A stretch of 28,025 nucleotides of DNA from Candidatus Hodarchaeaceae archaeon (lineage in GTDB: Archaea; Hadarchaeota; Hadarchaeia; Hadarchaeales; Hadarchaeaceae). Location of the stretch: the NCBI GenBank assembly GCA_030018135.1, contig JASEGJ010000013.1:1-28025 (forward strand), given 5' to 3'. The notes beneath the pieces are model-generated. The model did no database searches. It was not told where the DNA came from and saw only the letters and a program-made list of their open reading frames with translations. Position numbers and translations under genes: made by a program. Positions 5,562-15,665 of this stretch are shown here, piece by piece (within the stretch, counting starts at the first letter, position 1; the number at the start of each line of letters is the position of its first letter).

Positions 5562-7376
5562 CTACGCGAAAACGGCATGAATGGGCACGCTCTGCTTCGT
5601 CAGGTTCCTCAGCTGTTTCCCGAGCTCGCTTCCCTTCTCGATGCGGATGTCGCCCCTGACGCCGACGGTAGCCCTGAAGAGGAAGGCGTCGCCGGCATGG
5701 ATCTCGACGTTTCTGCCGCGATGCTCCGCCCCGAGCGTTAGTACGAGGTGGTCCTTCGTTTCCTGCAGCCCGACCTCCAGCGCCTCCTGAGCCTCAGCGC
5801 CCCCGCGCTCGCGCTCCCGCACATCTATCCTGACGCCCAGCCTCCGCTGGATCGCGTCGACGGTCGAGCCGCCGCGCCCTATTATCCTGGGTATGAACTC
5901 TTGGTCCGCCCTGACGATCGCCTCGCTCTCGGATAGCATCTCCACCTCCACGTCCGCCCTCGCCCGCCGTTTTATCTCGCGCCTGATGTCCTCCGCCATC
6001 TTGCGCTCGGCCCTCGTCGGCGCCCTCCTTCGAACTGGCATGACCACTATTTCCTCGCCGAACGAGTAAATTTCGTAGACCGGTTCGTCGGTCTCGAAGT
6101 CGCACACCTGAATTATCGGCCTCGCTAGGTCGGCTTCCATCATGCCGTGCGGGACCTTGACCACTGACTTGAGCGCGTAGACCTCCCTGATCTCGCCATC
6201 CTTGATGAAGATCACCGTGTCGGCGATCATGGGTATCATGCCGAGCTCCACCCTGCCTATGAGGCGCTGGATCGCGTCGATCGCGCGCGTGGCGTGGACG
6301 ACGCCCACCATCCCTATACCAGCGAGGCGCATGTCCGCGAAGATCTGAAAGTCCCTCGTCTTGCGCATCTCGTCGTAGATGGTGTAATCCGGGCGCACGA
6401 GCAGCAGCACATCGGCGGTCTTCTCCATATCGCCCTCGAGCGGGCTGTACTGCGTTATCTCGTCGCTCACCTGCAGGTCGCGGGGCGACTCCATGGTCTT
6501 GACTATCTTGTCCTGGGAGCGGTAAAGTTCCGCTAGCGCCTGCGCGAACGTGGATTTGCCTGCGCCCGGCGGGCCGGCGATCAGCACCCCCTCAGCCCTC
6601 TTGCTCAAGCGCTCCTTCAGCTTGTCCGACAGGCGATAGTCCTCGAGCTTGACCTCGGCGATCGGCCTCACCGCGGTGATCTCAAACCCGTCGCTGAACG
6701 GCGGGCGGGCTATGGCTATGCGGTACTCACGGAACTGCACTATCGTGATACCCTCGCGCTCGAGCTCGATGAAGCCATCCGGGTCCTGCCTCGCGATCTC
6801 GACGATCTCCCGCGCCATCTCTCGCAACTGCCCCTCGGTCAGCGGCCTCTCGTCCAGCACCTTGAGTTCGAACTTGCCCGGGCGCCCGACCTTCGCCATG
6901 GGCCGCACACAATCTTTTAGGTGCACGGACATGGTGTTCGGGTCGAAGTACTCGAGCAACTTGGGCTTGCGCTCGACGGGCAGGGGCTTTAGATACATGA
7001 CCTCCAGCCCCTCGACCCGGCCAGTTTCGGCCATCACCATATCGCTGGTAATCAACGCCGCGCCGTGTTCGCGCGCGAGGTCCCGAATCGCCGCATCGAT
7101 CGCGCCGAACTCGGCCCCGGCGAGTTGGTCGGCTGTCGGCCTCTCGCCCACGAAGCTCAGCTTCACCCGCCCTTCGTCGGCCAAGTTGCGGAGGCGCCTG
7201 AGCTCCGCAAGCCCGCTGTAGCCCGAGTCCTTGCCGGAGTTGGCCTGATGCTCGAGTTCGGCCACGACGAGATTGGGCACGATGATCTCGCAATCCCTCA
7301 GCTCGCCGCCATCGACCAAGCGCGTGACGCGTCCGTCGACGACGACGCTGGTATCCGGCACGTAAACTTTCGTCAT
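5562..7376 (-). CDS. PIN-domain ATPase with KH domain (PINA/MJ1533 family)
   Basis: N-terminal PIN domain (VPDTSVVVDG), Walker A GPPGAGKST, YDEMR Walker B, VGVVHA, and KH motif IIGRGG. Confidence 0.95.
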   Translation of the reverse strand: MTKVYVPDTSVVVDGRVTRLVDGGELRDCEIIVPNLVVAELEHQANSGKDSGYSGLAELRRLRNLADEGRVKLSFVGERPTADQLAGAEFGAIDAAIRDLAREHGAALITSDMVMAETGRVEGLEVMYLKPLPVERKPKLLEYFDPNTMSVHLKDCVRPMAKVGRPGKFELKVLDERPLTEGQLREMAREIVEIARQDPDGFIELEREGITIVQFREYRIAIARPPFSDGFEITAVRPIAEVKLEDYRLSDKLKERLSKRAEGVLIAGPPGAGKSTFAQALAELYRSQDKIVKTMESPRDLQVSDEITQYSPLEGDMEKTADVLLLVRPDYTIYDEMRKTRDFQIFADMRLAGIGMVGVVHATRAIDAIQRLIGRVELGMIPMIADTVIFIKDGEIREVYALKSVVKVPHGMMEADLARPIIQVCDFETDEPVYEIYSFGEEIVVMPVRRRAPTRAERKMAEDIRREIKRRARADVEVEMLSESEAIVRADQEFIPRIIGRGGSTVDAIQRRLGVRIDVRERERGGAEAQEALEVGLQETKDHLVLTLGAEHRGRNVEIHAGDAFLFRATVGVRGDIRIEKGSELGKQLRNLTKQSVPIHAVFA

Positions 7377-7485
7377 ATTTATCAAAACTACTTTCGTGCC
7401 GGGGTAATAAGGTTGTTTGCGGGCTGACTGCGAAAGTTATTTAAATTGCCGTAGCGATGATTGAGCAGTTCAGGTAGGTGATCAA

Positions 7486-7743
7486 GTGGGTGCTTCGAGA
7501 GCTTTGGGCGCAATCCTTTGCATCGCGTGCGTCGCCGTAGCCGTAGCTCATGTCTACTTCGGATACGTAAGCGGCACTCGTCAAATATCTCTAGCATTTG
7601 CATTGCCCATCACCGTTGGCCTGCTGGTTGTCGTCGGCTTGGGCTTTTGGCTAGGGTGGATAATGGCGACCACGAGGGAGGTGGCACCATCCCCTCCGCC
7701 GGCGCCGGAGACTCCAGCGAAATCCAAAAAGGCCGAGAAGTGA
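7486..7743 (+). CDS. Small two-TM membrane protein
   Basis: GGTGA RBS before GTG, two hydrophobic helices, WIMATT and a Pro/Lys-rich tail. TATA-like TTTAAA upstream. Confidence 0.8.
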   Translation: MGASRALGAILCIACVAVAVAHVYFGYVSGTRQISLAFALPITVGLLVVVGLGFWLGWIMATTREVAPSPPPAPETPAKSKKAEK

Positions 7744-7831
7744 ACTAAAAACGCAAAGCAACTTTCTCGGGTTTTGGCCAGCTGATATGTTTTTAAAGTT
7801 TGCCACCGCCTAAAGCTTAGCGGGTGTTGAC

Positions 7832-9961
7832 TTGAGATATAAGCGGTGGCTGCTCCTCTGCTACTTGCTCGTGATGATGGCATTCTCGCTCTCCGTGCTG
7901 TTGGTCGCCGCACCTAAATTCGGGGGGTACACCACCTCCGACAGCGGCTACTTCCACCACCTCACCGAGGAGATCGTCGACGCCGACGGTATGGTTACCC
8001 GCCATGACCTCTCGCATCCGCCCCAAGGGCTTCCGGTCGGCATATCCGACCAGCTCCAGCCACTCGTCGCGGCGATGATCTATAAGGGGCTCCATCCAAT
8101 TTTTCCCGAGCTCGCGGTAGAAGACATCACTCGGCATATATCAGCCTTCTTTTTCGTGTTGATGTTCATCCCCGTTTTCCTGATCGGCAAGGAGCTTGCT
8201 GGCGACCTTGGGGGCTGCGCGGCGGTCTTCTTCTTGGCCACCATGGCGAGCTGCCCGGGGACGACCTCGCCCGTCTACTGGTCGAAGGTCGGGGCTTTTG
8301 ACCGAGATGTGTTTACGGCGCTCTTGGCAGCATGGGTTATCTACGCTACGATACGTGTCTTCAAGGTGCCGCGCGATTCGACGATGAAATTTGCCGTACT
8401 GGCTTGCCTGACCTACGGTCTCTTCCCGATCGCTTGGGGTGGCTACCCTTACCTGATGCCGATAATCGTCGCTGCACTCTTGCTCGTCCTGCTCAACGAA
8501 AGTTTCGCCAAAGGCAGCCCGGGTTGGGGCTTGGGCGCTATTTGGGCGAGCATCCGCGCGAATACGGTTCTGATCTACGGCGCGGCGGCGATGTTGGGCG
8601 TCACAATTTTCGTAGCAGGGGTACTAGGCGGTCACGTATTTGGGCCCGGCCTGGTCACATGGGGGCTGGAATACGTGGGGCTGAAGGCGCCAGCCGTCAG
8701 GATACCGCAGTACGCGTCAGAAATGCAGCCATCCACCTGGGGAAGTCTTTACGGTTTTTACGGGGATGGCATACTCACGGCGATAGTTTTCGGGCTGGCG
8801 GCTTTAGCGCTGATGAAGATTTTTTGGTCGAGGAGGCGGGAGGAGTGGATTTTGTTGCCTTGGCTCGCCGTTGTGGCCCTCCTCGCGGTCACCCAGACTC
8901 GATTTCTGCGGCTTTGGTGGCCGCTTTTGGCCTGCCTAGCGGGCGTAGGTTTAGTCGCGCTCGCGCTAGGGATAAGGCGGCTATCGGTTTCACAAATGGC
9001 GTCCACATCTGAATGGCTGAGCCTGCTCCGAAAGCCGATAGTCGTAGCGATTTGTTTGACCCTGCTTGCAACTCCATTCATCCACAACGCGTACGCTCAA
9101 GCCGAACGAACCGGGCCGCCCATGGCTGCGGAGCTGCACAACGCCCTAGTTGAGGCGTCCGGATGGCTCAGGGAGAACACGCCGGAAAACTCGGTTGTCG
9201 CCATCCAGTGGTCCTACGGCCACCTCCTAACCGCTGTTGCCAAACGACCATCGGTGGTGGACGGCAGCGAGACTTGGGCTCTCGAGGGGAAGTGGGAAAA
9301 TGACCCCGATGTAATTATTCGCCCCCCCGACTACATATGGCGCCCTAGGGAGGGTAGGGACGCCCTGCTCGTCGGGGGCAGGCGGGTCGACGTGGACCGC
9401 CTCTTCTCCGTTGACAACGACGAAAAGTTCGCGGGTATCGTCCGCACCTATCGAGAAAACTACGGCTTGAAGATGGATTACATCGTGTTTGACCTTTCGA
9501 CCTCGTACTATGCGATAGGGAATGCCATCTCCGGGGCAAGGCTCAAGGCACAGGCCCGGTCGTGGGCGCAGGAAGAAGAGGCGGGAACGATAGTATTTGG
9601 ATTCGGGGAGAACCGGGAAAATGTCGTGTTTGACCGGTGGGTCGAGGGAGTCTACCTTAGGGTCGACAATGAAAAATCCTACCTTACGGGATATGCCATC
9701 TTTACCGTCTATCCCGATGGCACCGCGGCCCTGCGCGGCTTCAAATTTCTGCAACTCAGTCCTGAAATTCCAGAAACGCTGGTCCTCTACATCGATGAAC
9801 AAAACAACATAGCTGACGCCGGCTTGGTTGAACTTTCCGTTCCCATGGGTGCGAGGATATTCTATTTCGAGGAAAACATCAGTTATCTGCAACTGCGCTA
9901 CACCAGCTCAAACGGGTGGGTTGGGGTCTACGAGATCGTGCACGAGAACCTGCCTGGATAA
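7832..9961 (+). CDS. aglB: STT3/AglB-like oligosaccharyltransferase (GT-C fold)
   Basis: Multi-TM N-terminal half with DSGYF (EL1), GAFDRD (DxD) and ASEMQP (EL5). WLRENTPENSVVAIQWSYG occupies the WWDYG position. Confidence 0.8.
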   Translation: MRYKRWLLLCYLLVMMAFSLSVLLVAAPKFGGYTTSDSGYFHHLTEEIVDADGMVTRHDLSHPPQGLPVGISDQLQPLVAAMIYKGLHPIFPELAVEDITRHISAFFFVLMFIPVFLIGKELAGDLGGCAAVFFLATMASCPGTTSPVYWSKVGAFDRDVFTALLAAWVIYATIRVFKVPRDSTMKFAVLACLTYGLFPIAWGGYPYLMPIIVAALLLVLLNESFAKGSPGWGLGAIWASIRANTVLIYGAAAMLGVTIFVAGVLGGHVFGPGLVTWGLEYVGLKAPAVRIPQYASEMQPSTWGSLYGFYGDGILTAIVFGLAALALMKIFWSRRREEWILLPWLAVVALLAVTQTRFLRLWWPLLACLAGVGLVALALGIRRLSVSQMASTSEWLSLLRKPIVVAICLTLLATPFIHNAYAQAERTGPPMAAELHNALVEASGWLRENTPENSVVAIQWSYGHLLTAVAKRPSVVDGSETWALEGKWENDPDVIIRPPDYIWRPREGRDALLVGGRRVDVDRLFSVDNDEKFAGIVRTYRENYGLKMDYIVFDLSTSYYAIGNAISGARLKAQARSWAQEEEAGTIVFGFGENRENVVFDRWVEGVYLRVDNEKSYLTGYAIFTVYPDGTAALRGFKFLQLSPEIPETLVLYIDEQNNIADAGLVELSVPMGARIFYFEENISYLQLRYTSSNGWVGVYEIVHENLPG

Positions 9962-10055
9962 TCCCGCTAAAGTTCTGTCGACGAAGCGCACTTGTCGTGC
10001 AAATTCTGGGAAAGTTTAAGAGGTTTCGACAGATAACCGCATCCGAGGCGACCCG

Positions 10056-11321
10056 ATGCAGAGACCCCGCGGAACGCGCGATCTTTTCGGCGAAGAGCTC
10101 GCGAGCGTGCGTTACGTCACGCGCGTAATGGACGATGTATTCAAGCGCTACGGCTACGTCGAGGTCGAGACGCCGATGTTCGAGAACCTCGAGCTATTCA
10201 CGAAGAAAACGGGCGCTGGCGTGATAAAGCAGATTTATGCGTTTCAGGACAAATCCGGGCGTTGGCTTGCCCTCAGGCCAGAATTGACCGCCCCAGTCGT
10301 CAGGTTTTACATCAATCAGCTTAGGTCCGCGCCCAAGCCCGTGAAGCTATTTTACTTCGGTAGCTGCTTTCGCTACGAGGAGCCACAGGCCAGGCGTTGG
10401 AGGCAATTTCTGCAGTCCGGTGCCGAGATAATCGGCAGCTCCAGGCCCGAGGCGGATGCCGAGATAATAGCGCTCACCGACGATATCGCGAAGGAACTCG
10501 GCCTAAGCAGCTATGAGTTGCGCATCGGCCACGTTCGACTGCTGAGGGAAATCTTAGCCCGGGCCGGGGTCAAAGGCGATGCCCAAGATCCGATAATGCG
10601 TGCCATCGACGGACGCGACGATGCGAGGTTAAAGGAGGAGCTCGACCGCTCGGGGATTAAGGGGGATGACAGGGAGCTACTAAAAGCTGTGATCGCGCTA
10701 CGGGGCGAAATCGAAGTTTTAAATCGGGCTGAAAAGCTCCTGAGCGGCTTGCCGAGGGCGGCAGCGGCGGTGCAAAATTTGCGCGATATCTTGAGCCACG
10801 TTCATTCGCTCGGCGTCGAGGAATCTTGCATCGACCTCAGCATTGCGAGGGGCCTCGAGTATTATACGGACATGGTATTCGAATTGTACGTGGGTGATGT
10901 TCAAATAGCCGGCGGAGGACGCTACGACCAACTGATCGAGATACTCGGCGGTGAACCATGTCCTGCGGTCGGCGTTGGCTTGGGCGTCGATAGGATCGCC
11001 CAAGTGCTCCTAAAACAAAAGGCCAAGGTCCCGCGGGAGCGCTTGGACTGTATGGTTTTGCCCGCGAGCGAGGAGATGTTGAGTGATTGCTTAAAAATAG
11101 GGGATGAGTTGCGCAAAGTCGGCCTGCTCGTCGACGTCGATCTGATGGGGCGCAGTTTATCCAAGGCCATAGCGTACGCCGACGCCAAGGAGGCCAGATA
11201 TGTAGTCATAGTGGGGGCAAAGGACCTTTCGGCTGGAAAGGTCACGCTCAGGGACATGCAAACTGGCAAACAAGAGCTGATCGCGCGTAATGAATTGGCC
11301 GGGAGATTGAAGTCAGCTTGA
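10056..11321 (+). CDS. hisS: Histidine--tRNA ligase
   Basis: RPRGTRD, LRPELTAP, FRYEEPQ..RWRQF.Q, ARGLEYYT, GGGRYD and a C-terminal anticodon-binding domain. Confidence 0.98.
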   Translation: MQRPRGTRDLFGEELASVRYVTRVMDDVFKRYGYVEVETPMFENLELFTKKTGAGVIKQIYAFQDKSGRWLALRPELTAPVVRFYINQLRSAPKPVKLFYFGSCFRYEEPQARRWRQFLQSGAEIIGSSRPEADAEIIALTDDIAKELGLSSYELRIGHVRLLREILARAGVKGDAQDPIMRAIDGRDDARLKEELDRSGIKGDDRELLKAVIALRGEIEVLNRAEKLLSGLPRAAAAVQNLRDILSHVHSLGVEESCIDLSIARGLEYYTDMVFELYVGDVQIAGGGRYDQLIEILGGEPCPAVGVGLGVDRIAQVLLKQKAKVPRERLDCMVLPASEEMLSDCLKIGDELRKVGLLVDVDLMGRSLSKAIAYADAKEARYVVIVGAKDLSAGKVTLRDMQTGKQELIARNELAGRLKSA

Positions 11322-11325
11322 GCTT

Positions 11326-12159
11326 TTACCGAAACCGATAGCCCAAGCCTTGCAAGACGCGTTTCATTTCCAATGCATCCTTTTCCAATATCGGCGATTC
11401 AGAGATTATGGTGATGTCAATTTTTCTCCTCAAAATCTCCCTTGCGAGAGGCTCAAATGGGGGCTTATTGGATTTGATCTCGAGGTGATGTTTTTCATTA
11501 CCTCTGCCGGGGCCGACGGTTGAAAATTCAACCCCCGTGAAATGCGTGTGCAAATGCTTCAACTTCAGCGGCCCTAGCTCGTCGAAGATTTTCGCGTAGT
11601 CAATTTTGCCGCCACCACGGGCGAACATGTGCGCCCAGTCCACAACGGGCGCGCAGCCGTCCACCTCTTTACAGATTTTGATTATTTCCCCCAAGGTACC
11701 AAACGTCGTCTGTTTTCCCGTCGTCTCCAAGCCAAGCCTCACGCCCTTCATCCCCCTAGACTTCATTTGATCCACGATGTCTTCGCATGATCGCTTTACA
11801 GCCCCATGAGCTTGCTCTTGGGATAGCTTGCCGTAAAAGCCCGGGTGGAAGACCGCCACATCGGCGCGCATGAAGTGCGCCCTTTCCACGGAATCGAGGA
11901 TCCTCTTCTTTGATGCCTCCAGCTTCTCCTCGTCCGGCGAGCAAAGGTTGACGAAATAGGGACAGTGAACCGACAGTCGCACGTTGAGCTTCTCCGCCAG
12001 CTCGCCGACCTCCCTTGCGGTGTCGTTGTTCATCCCCACCCTCCTAACGAACTCGCACTCGAACGCGTTTAACCCGAGGTCGGCCACGCACATGATGCCC
12101 GCCGCCGTGCTCCTTTCCTCACTCGCCAGCGGGACGCCGGCCGGCCCAAGAAATATCAC
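11326..12159 (-). CDS. nfo: Endonuclease IV-like TIM-barrel protein (AP endonuclease family 2)
   Basis: GPAG, HCPYFVNL, FHPG, ETTGK, DWAH, EKHH and ISESP motifs. GTG start inferred after GGTGG. Confidence 0.88.
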   Translation of the reverse strand: MIFLGPAGVPLASEERSTAAGIMCVADLGLNAFECEFVRRVGMNNDTAREVGELAEKLNVRLSVHCPYFVNLCSPDEEKLEASKKRILDSVERAHFMRADVAVFHPGFYGKLSQEQAHGAVKRSCEDIVDQMKSRGMKGVRLGLETTGKQTTFGTLGEIIKICKEVDGCAPVVDWAHMFARGGGKIDYAKIFDELGPLKLKHLHTHFTGVEFSTVGPGRGNEKHHLEIKSNKPPFEPLAREILRRKIDITIISESPILEKDALEMKRVLQGLGYRFR

Positions 12160-12213
12160 TCGGCCACCACAATGCACTTATGCGCGGATATTTATGGCTT
12201 TAGCGAGGAAAGC

Positions 12214-12777
12214 ATGCTGAGCGAAATCCGCGGGAAGATAACCCCGCTGTTGGAACCGCTCGCAAGAGCTTTTGCTCGAGCCGGTTTCACGCCGAATAGC
12301 CTGACCCTTTTAGGGCTTACAGCGGGCTCCGCCGCCGCACTGCTTTTTGCTGAGGGCGAGCCGCGCCTAGCTGGCCTAACCCTACTCGTGTGCGGGCTCT
12401 TCGATGTGGTCGACGGTGCAGTCGCCCGCTTAACCGGCGGGGAAACGGCGTTTGGAGGCTTGCTCGATTCAGTCGTCGACCGCTACGTCGATTTTGCCAT
12501 CTTCGCCGGCGTCATCTACGGCGGTTTGGCGAGCTGGACTTGGAGCATCGCAGCCTTAACGGGGGGCTTCATAGTCAGTTACACCCGCGCCCGAGCCGAA
12601 GCTGCTGGCTCGGGCAAACTCGATGTCGGCATTGCCGAGCGAGGGGAGCGCCTCCTGATCCTAGCTTTGGGCGGGTTATTCAAACTAACGGATTACGCCG
12701 TGGCGCTGGTGGCGACTCTGGCGCACGTCACGGCGGTTCACAGGTTGATTATCGCAAGGCGACGACTAGCTCGATGA
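12214..12777 (+). CDS. CDP-alcohol phosphatidyltransferase, probably archaetidylinositol phosphate synthase
   Basis: TPNSLT, D..DG.VAR...T.FG.LLDS..DR.VD, SYTRARAE and GIAERGER motifs; lies next to ino1. Confidence 0.92.
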   Translation: MLSEIRGKITPLLEPLARAFARAGFTPNSLTLLGLTAGSAAALLFAEGEPRLAGLTLLVCGLFDVVDGAVARLTGGETAFGGLLDSVVDRYVDFAIFAGVIYGGLASWTWSIAALTGGFIVSYTRARAEAAGSGKLDVGIAERGERLLILALGGLFKLTDYAVALVATLAHVTAVHRLIIARRRLAR

Positions 12778-13098
12778 TTTCCTCTTGAATAGCTTTGCGT
12801 ACAGATCCTTGACATATTCCTCTGCTTCCTGTAGTAGCTCTTGTCCCTTTTCCGTGATCTTGTAGTACCTGCGCGCTGGCTTGCCGTGTTGCTCCTGCCA
12901 CTCCGTGGTAACGTAGCCGCTCCGTTGAAGCCTGTAGAGCACCGTGTAGGAGGTAACCATCGGGGGTTTCCATCCGAACCTCCTGTTGATCTCCTTGCGC
13001 AGCTCGTACGCGTACATCGGGCGCTCCTGCAGCAGTCTCAAGATATACGGCCACAACAGCTCTGCGGTGGTCTTGCGCTTAAGTCGCCGTATGGCCAA
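12766..13098 (-). CDS. PadR-family transcriptional regulator
   Basis: ILRLLQERPMYAYEL...YTVLYRLQRSGYV...RRYYKITEKG. Confidence 0.93.
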   Translation of the reverse strand: MAIRRLKRKTTAELLWPYILRLLQERPMYAYELRKEINRRFGWKPPMVTSYTVLYRLQRSGYVTTEWQEQHGKPARRYYKITEKGQELLQEAEEYVKDLYAKLFKRKSSS

Positions 13099-13125
13099 AA
13101 TAGCACCACTTTTTAAAATCCAACC

Positions 13126-13186
13126 GCAAACTTTATAAGTTTTCTTCTCAGAATCTCAAAATTTGAGATAATACAAAATTGGAGAT
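13126..13186 (+). promoter_or_regulatory. ino1 promoter (TTTATAA at 13132-13138) with palindromic operator ATCTCAAA-A-TTTGAGAT (13153-13169) and an adjacent degenerate copy (13170-13186)
   Basis: Perfect 8-1-8 inverted repeat between divergent PadR and ino1, just downstream of the TATA box. Confidence 0.7.
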
Positions 13187-13189
13187 AAA

Positions 13190-15664
13190 ATGGGGGAAAT
13201 TAACGTAGCAATCGCAGGAGTCGGCAATTGTGCGTCCTCGCTGGTCCAAGGTATCGAGTGCTACAGGGAGGCAAGGGAGGACCAATTCATCCCGGGCTTG
13301 ATGCACGTCAACTTAGGCGGCTACCACATCCGCGATGTCAAATTCGTTGCGGCGTTCGATGTGGACGCGAACAAGGTCGGCAGGGATCTAGCTGAGGCAA
13401 TATTTACCCCGCCAAATTGCACGGTCAAATTCAGCGATGTTCCAAAGCTTGGGGTGGAGGTTGTAAAAGGGCCGGTCCTAGACGGCCTCGGCAAGTACCT
13501 CAAAAGCGTGATACCCCTCGACAGAACGCAGGAGGCGGTAGATGTGGCTCAAGTCCTCAAAGATGCGCGCGCGGACGTGCTGGTGAGTTACCTGCCCGTT
13601 GGTAGTTATGAGGCCTCGCGCCACTACGCGCAGCAGGCCATCAAGGCGGGGTGCGGCTTCATCAATTGCATCCCTGAGTTCATAGTTTCTAGCAAAGAAT
13701 GGGGGAAGCGCTTCACCGACGCAGGGCTGCCCTGCGCTGGCGACGACATAAAATCGCAGGTTGGGGCGACGATTCTTCACCGAACCCTCGCGAGGTTGCT
13801 GATCGACCGGGGCGTCAAGCTTGAGGAGAGCTATCAGCTCAACATCGGGGGAAACAGCGTCACGGGCGATGAGGAAATTTTGCTTGAAGTAGACGGCGCC
13901 CTGAATAGAACTAGGATCGGGGATTTTATCGACAAAATGATGGAAAAGTACGGTTTTGTGCAGGAGGGAGGGAAAGAGGTTTTAGAAACAAACAAGATGA
14001 AAGAAAAAATAAGATGCTTCACGATCAACGATGACTACAAGCTGATGTTAGCTCCGGTGACCAAGCTTATCCGTCACAAAATTGATGAATCACTTTTTGA
14101 GGTAACACTTGCAAAAGGCAATCGAATCAAAATCACAGGCGATCATAATTTATTCACCTTGGATGAAGATGGGAATCTCAAATCAATACCCGTGAAAGAG
14201 CTCAAACAAGGGCAGACTTTTATCGCCATACCAACCACCCTCTCGCCAGGCGAGGAGCTTTCGCACATAGATTTAACTTCACGCTTTAGCGACACGTGGG
14301 CGGCAAAGGTTGGCGATGGAGAATTTCTAAAAACCCACAATCATCCCGAGATCAGGATACCGGTTAAGTTCCCCGTTTCGAAGGAATTCCTCGATGTAAT
14401 TGGCCTCTGGCTAGCAGATGGTTCCTTTGATAGAAGTGGCAGCTCTAACTTGGAAATAGCCGTTGGGGATGAACCGGAATGTTTAGACGTTATAACCCGA
14501 TGGACAGGGGAATTTAACATCCGATGTGAACGCAGAGGGAAAGGTGGGGTCGCGGTACGAATACATTCAAAGACATTGGCATCTATAGCTAAGAAAATTT
14601 TTAGGTTATCTGGGAATTGTTATACCAAGCGGGTCCCAGGGTGGGTGTTTAACCTATCCGAAAAGCAAATTTGTGAGGTTTTGAAGGGTTACTTTAGTGG
14701 TGACGGCTGTGTTATAGGAAACCAAATCAGGTGGACATCTACGTCCTCTGGATTGGTAAGAGACATCCAGACTTTACTTTTACAGGTTGGGATCCATTCA
14801 ACGGTTTTTAAAGAAAACAAACGTGGATCGAAAACATCATACCGTTCAACAGCACCGTTCTGGCATGGTATCATCTCATCAAAGGAGGCACTTGGGGCAT
14901 TTCTGGAAAAAGTTGGATTCCTCCAGTCACGCAAGAATGAGATGGTCAAAAAAGTAGTTCAGAGGAGAAAATTTGAGAAGTCCTTCATCCCAAAGATTCG
15001 TCTAATAGAAGAGTCGGGGATCGAGCCAACTACTACACGAGATTTGCCAGCGATTGAAAAGAGAACAATCCTGTCCCAGCTCGACTGTGTGAAGGATAAA
15101 TCGATCAGTGAAAAACTCAAAAAACTCTGCACCGGAGAAATAGAATTTGTAAAAGTCAAGAACATTAAGAAGCTCGAGCTCGAACCACAATATGTCTACG
15201 ATTTGAGCGTCGAACATTATGAAAGGTTCATCTGCTCCAACATCTTAGTACACAACACCGACTTCCTAAATATGCTCGAGGAGGAGCGGCTGAGCTCGAA
15301 GCGCATAAGCAAGACGGAAGCGGTGGCAAGTCAGGTGCCCTACGAGGTGCCGCTCCGGATCGGCCCCAGCGACTACGTGTCATTCCTGAAGGACAACAAG
15401 ATATGCTACATCCACATGCGCGGCAGAAAGTTTGGTGACGTTCCGCTGACCATCGATGTCAAGCTCTCGGTTGAGGACTCGCCAAACAGCGCCGGCGTTG
15501 TGATCGATGCAATACGCGCGGTGAAGCTCGCGCTCGACCGCGGCATCGGCGGGCCGCTCATCGGCGTCTCCGCATACTTCTTTAAGCATCCACCGATACA
15601 GATGTCCGATGTCGAGGCCAAGCAGGCGGTTGAGGATTTCATATCCGGCAGAGGGGAGCGATAA
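13190..15664 (+). CDS. ino1: myo-inositol-1-phosphate (inositol-3-phosphate) synthase, intein-containing
   Basis: [41 protein letters not shown]|TDFLNM, KRISKT and DSPNSAG motifs. The spliced length of 357 aa fits the family. Confidence 0.96.
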   Translation: MGEINVAIAGVGNCASSLVQGIECYREAREDQFIPGLMHVNLGGYHIRDVKFVAAFDVDANKVGRDLAEAIFTPPNCTVKFSDVPKLGVEVVKGPVLDGLGKYLKSVIPLDRTQEAVDVAQVLKDARADVLVSYLPVGSYEASRHYAQQAIKAGCGFINCIPEFIVSSKEWGKRFTDAGLPCAGDDIKSQVGATILHRTLARLLIDRGVKLEESYQLNIGGNSVTGDEEILLEVDGALNRTRIGDFIDKMMEKYGFVQEGGKEVLETNKMKEKIRCFTINDDYKLMLAPVTKLIRHKIDESLFEVTLAKGNRIKITGDHNLFTLDEDGNLKSIPVKELKQGQTFIAIPTTLSPGEELSHIDLTSRFSDTWAAKVGDGEFLKTHNHPEIRIPVKFPVSKEFLDVIGLWLADGSFDRSGSSNLEIAVGDEPECLDVITRWTGEFNIRCERRGKGGVAVRIHSKTLASIAKKIFRLSGNCYTKRVPGWVFNLSEKQICEVLKGYFSGDGCVIGNQIRWTSTSSGLVRDIQTLLLQVGIHSTVFKENKRGSKTSYRSTAPFWHGIISSKEALGAFLEKVGFLQSRKNEMVKKVVQRRKFEKSFIPKIRLIEESGIEPTTTRDLPAIEKRTILSQLDCVKDKSISEKLKKLCTGEIEFVKVKNIKKLELEPQYVYDLSVEHYERFICSNILVHNTDFLNMLEEERLSSKRISKTEAVASQVPYEVPLRIGPSDYVSFLKDNKICYIHMRGRKFGDVPLTIDVKLSVEDSPNSAGVVIDAIRAVKLALDRGIGGPLIGVSAYFFKHPPIQMSDVEAKQAVEDFISGRGER
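13856..15256 (+). mobile_element. Intein with LAGLIDADG homing endonuclease (467 aa, residues 223-689)
   Basis: Starts Ser (SVTGDEEI), block [18 protein letters not shown] helices IGLWLADGS and LKGYFSGDG, ends YVYDLSV...NILVHN followed by Thr+1. More AT-rich than the exteins. Confidence 0.95.
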
Positions 15665-15665
15665 C

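Noticed and set aside
5562-7376. PIN domain as a VapC toxin, or the ATPase as a pilus TadA
   Set aside because: The PIN-ATPase-KH fusion is the conserved archaeal PINA family, and no antitoxin or pilus genes are nearby.
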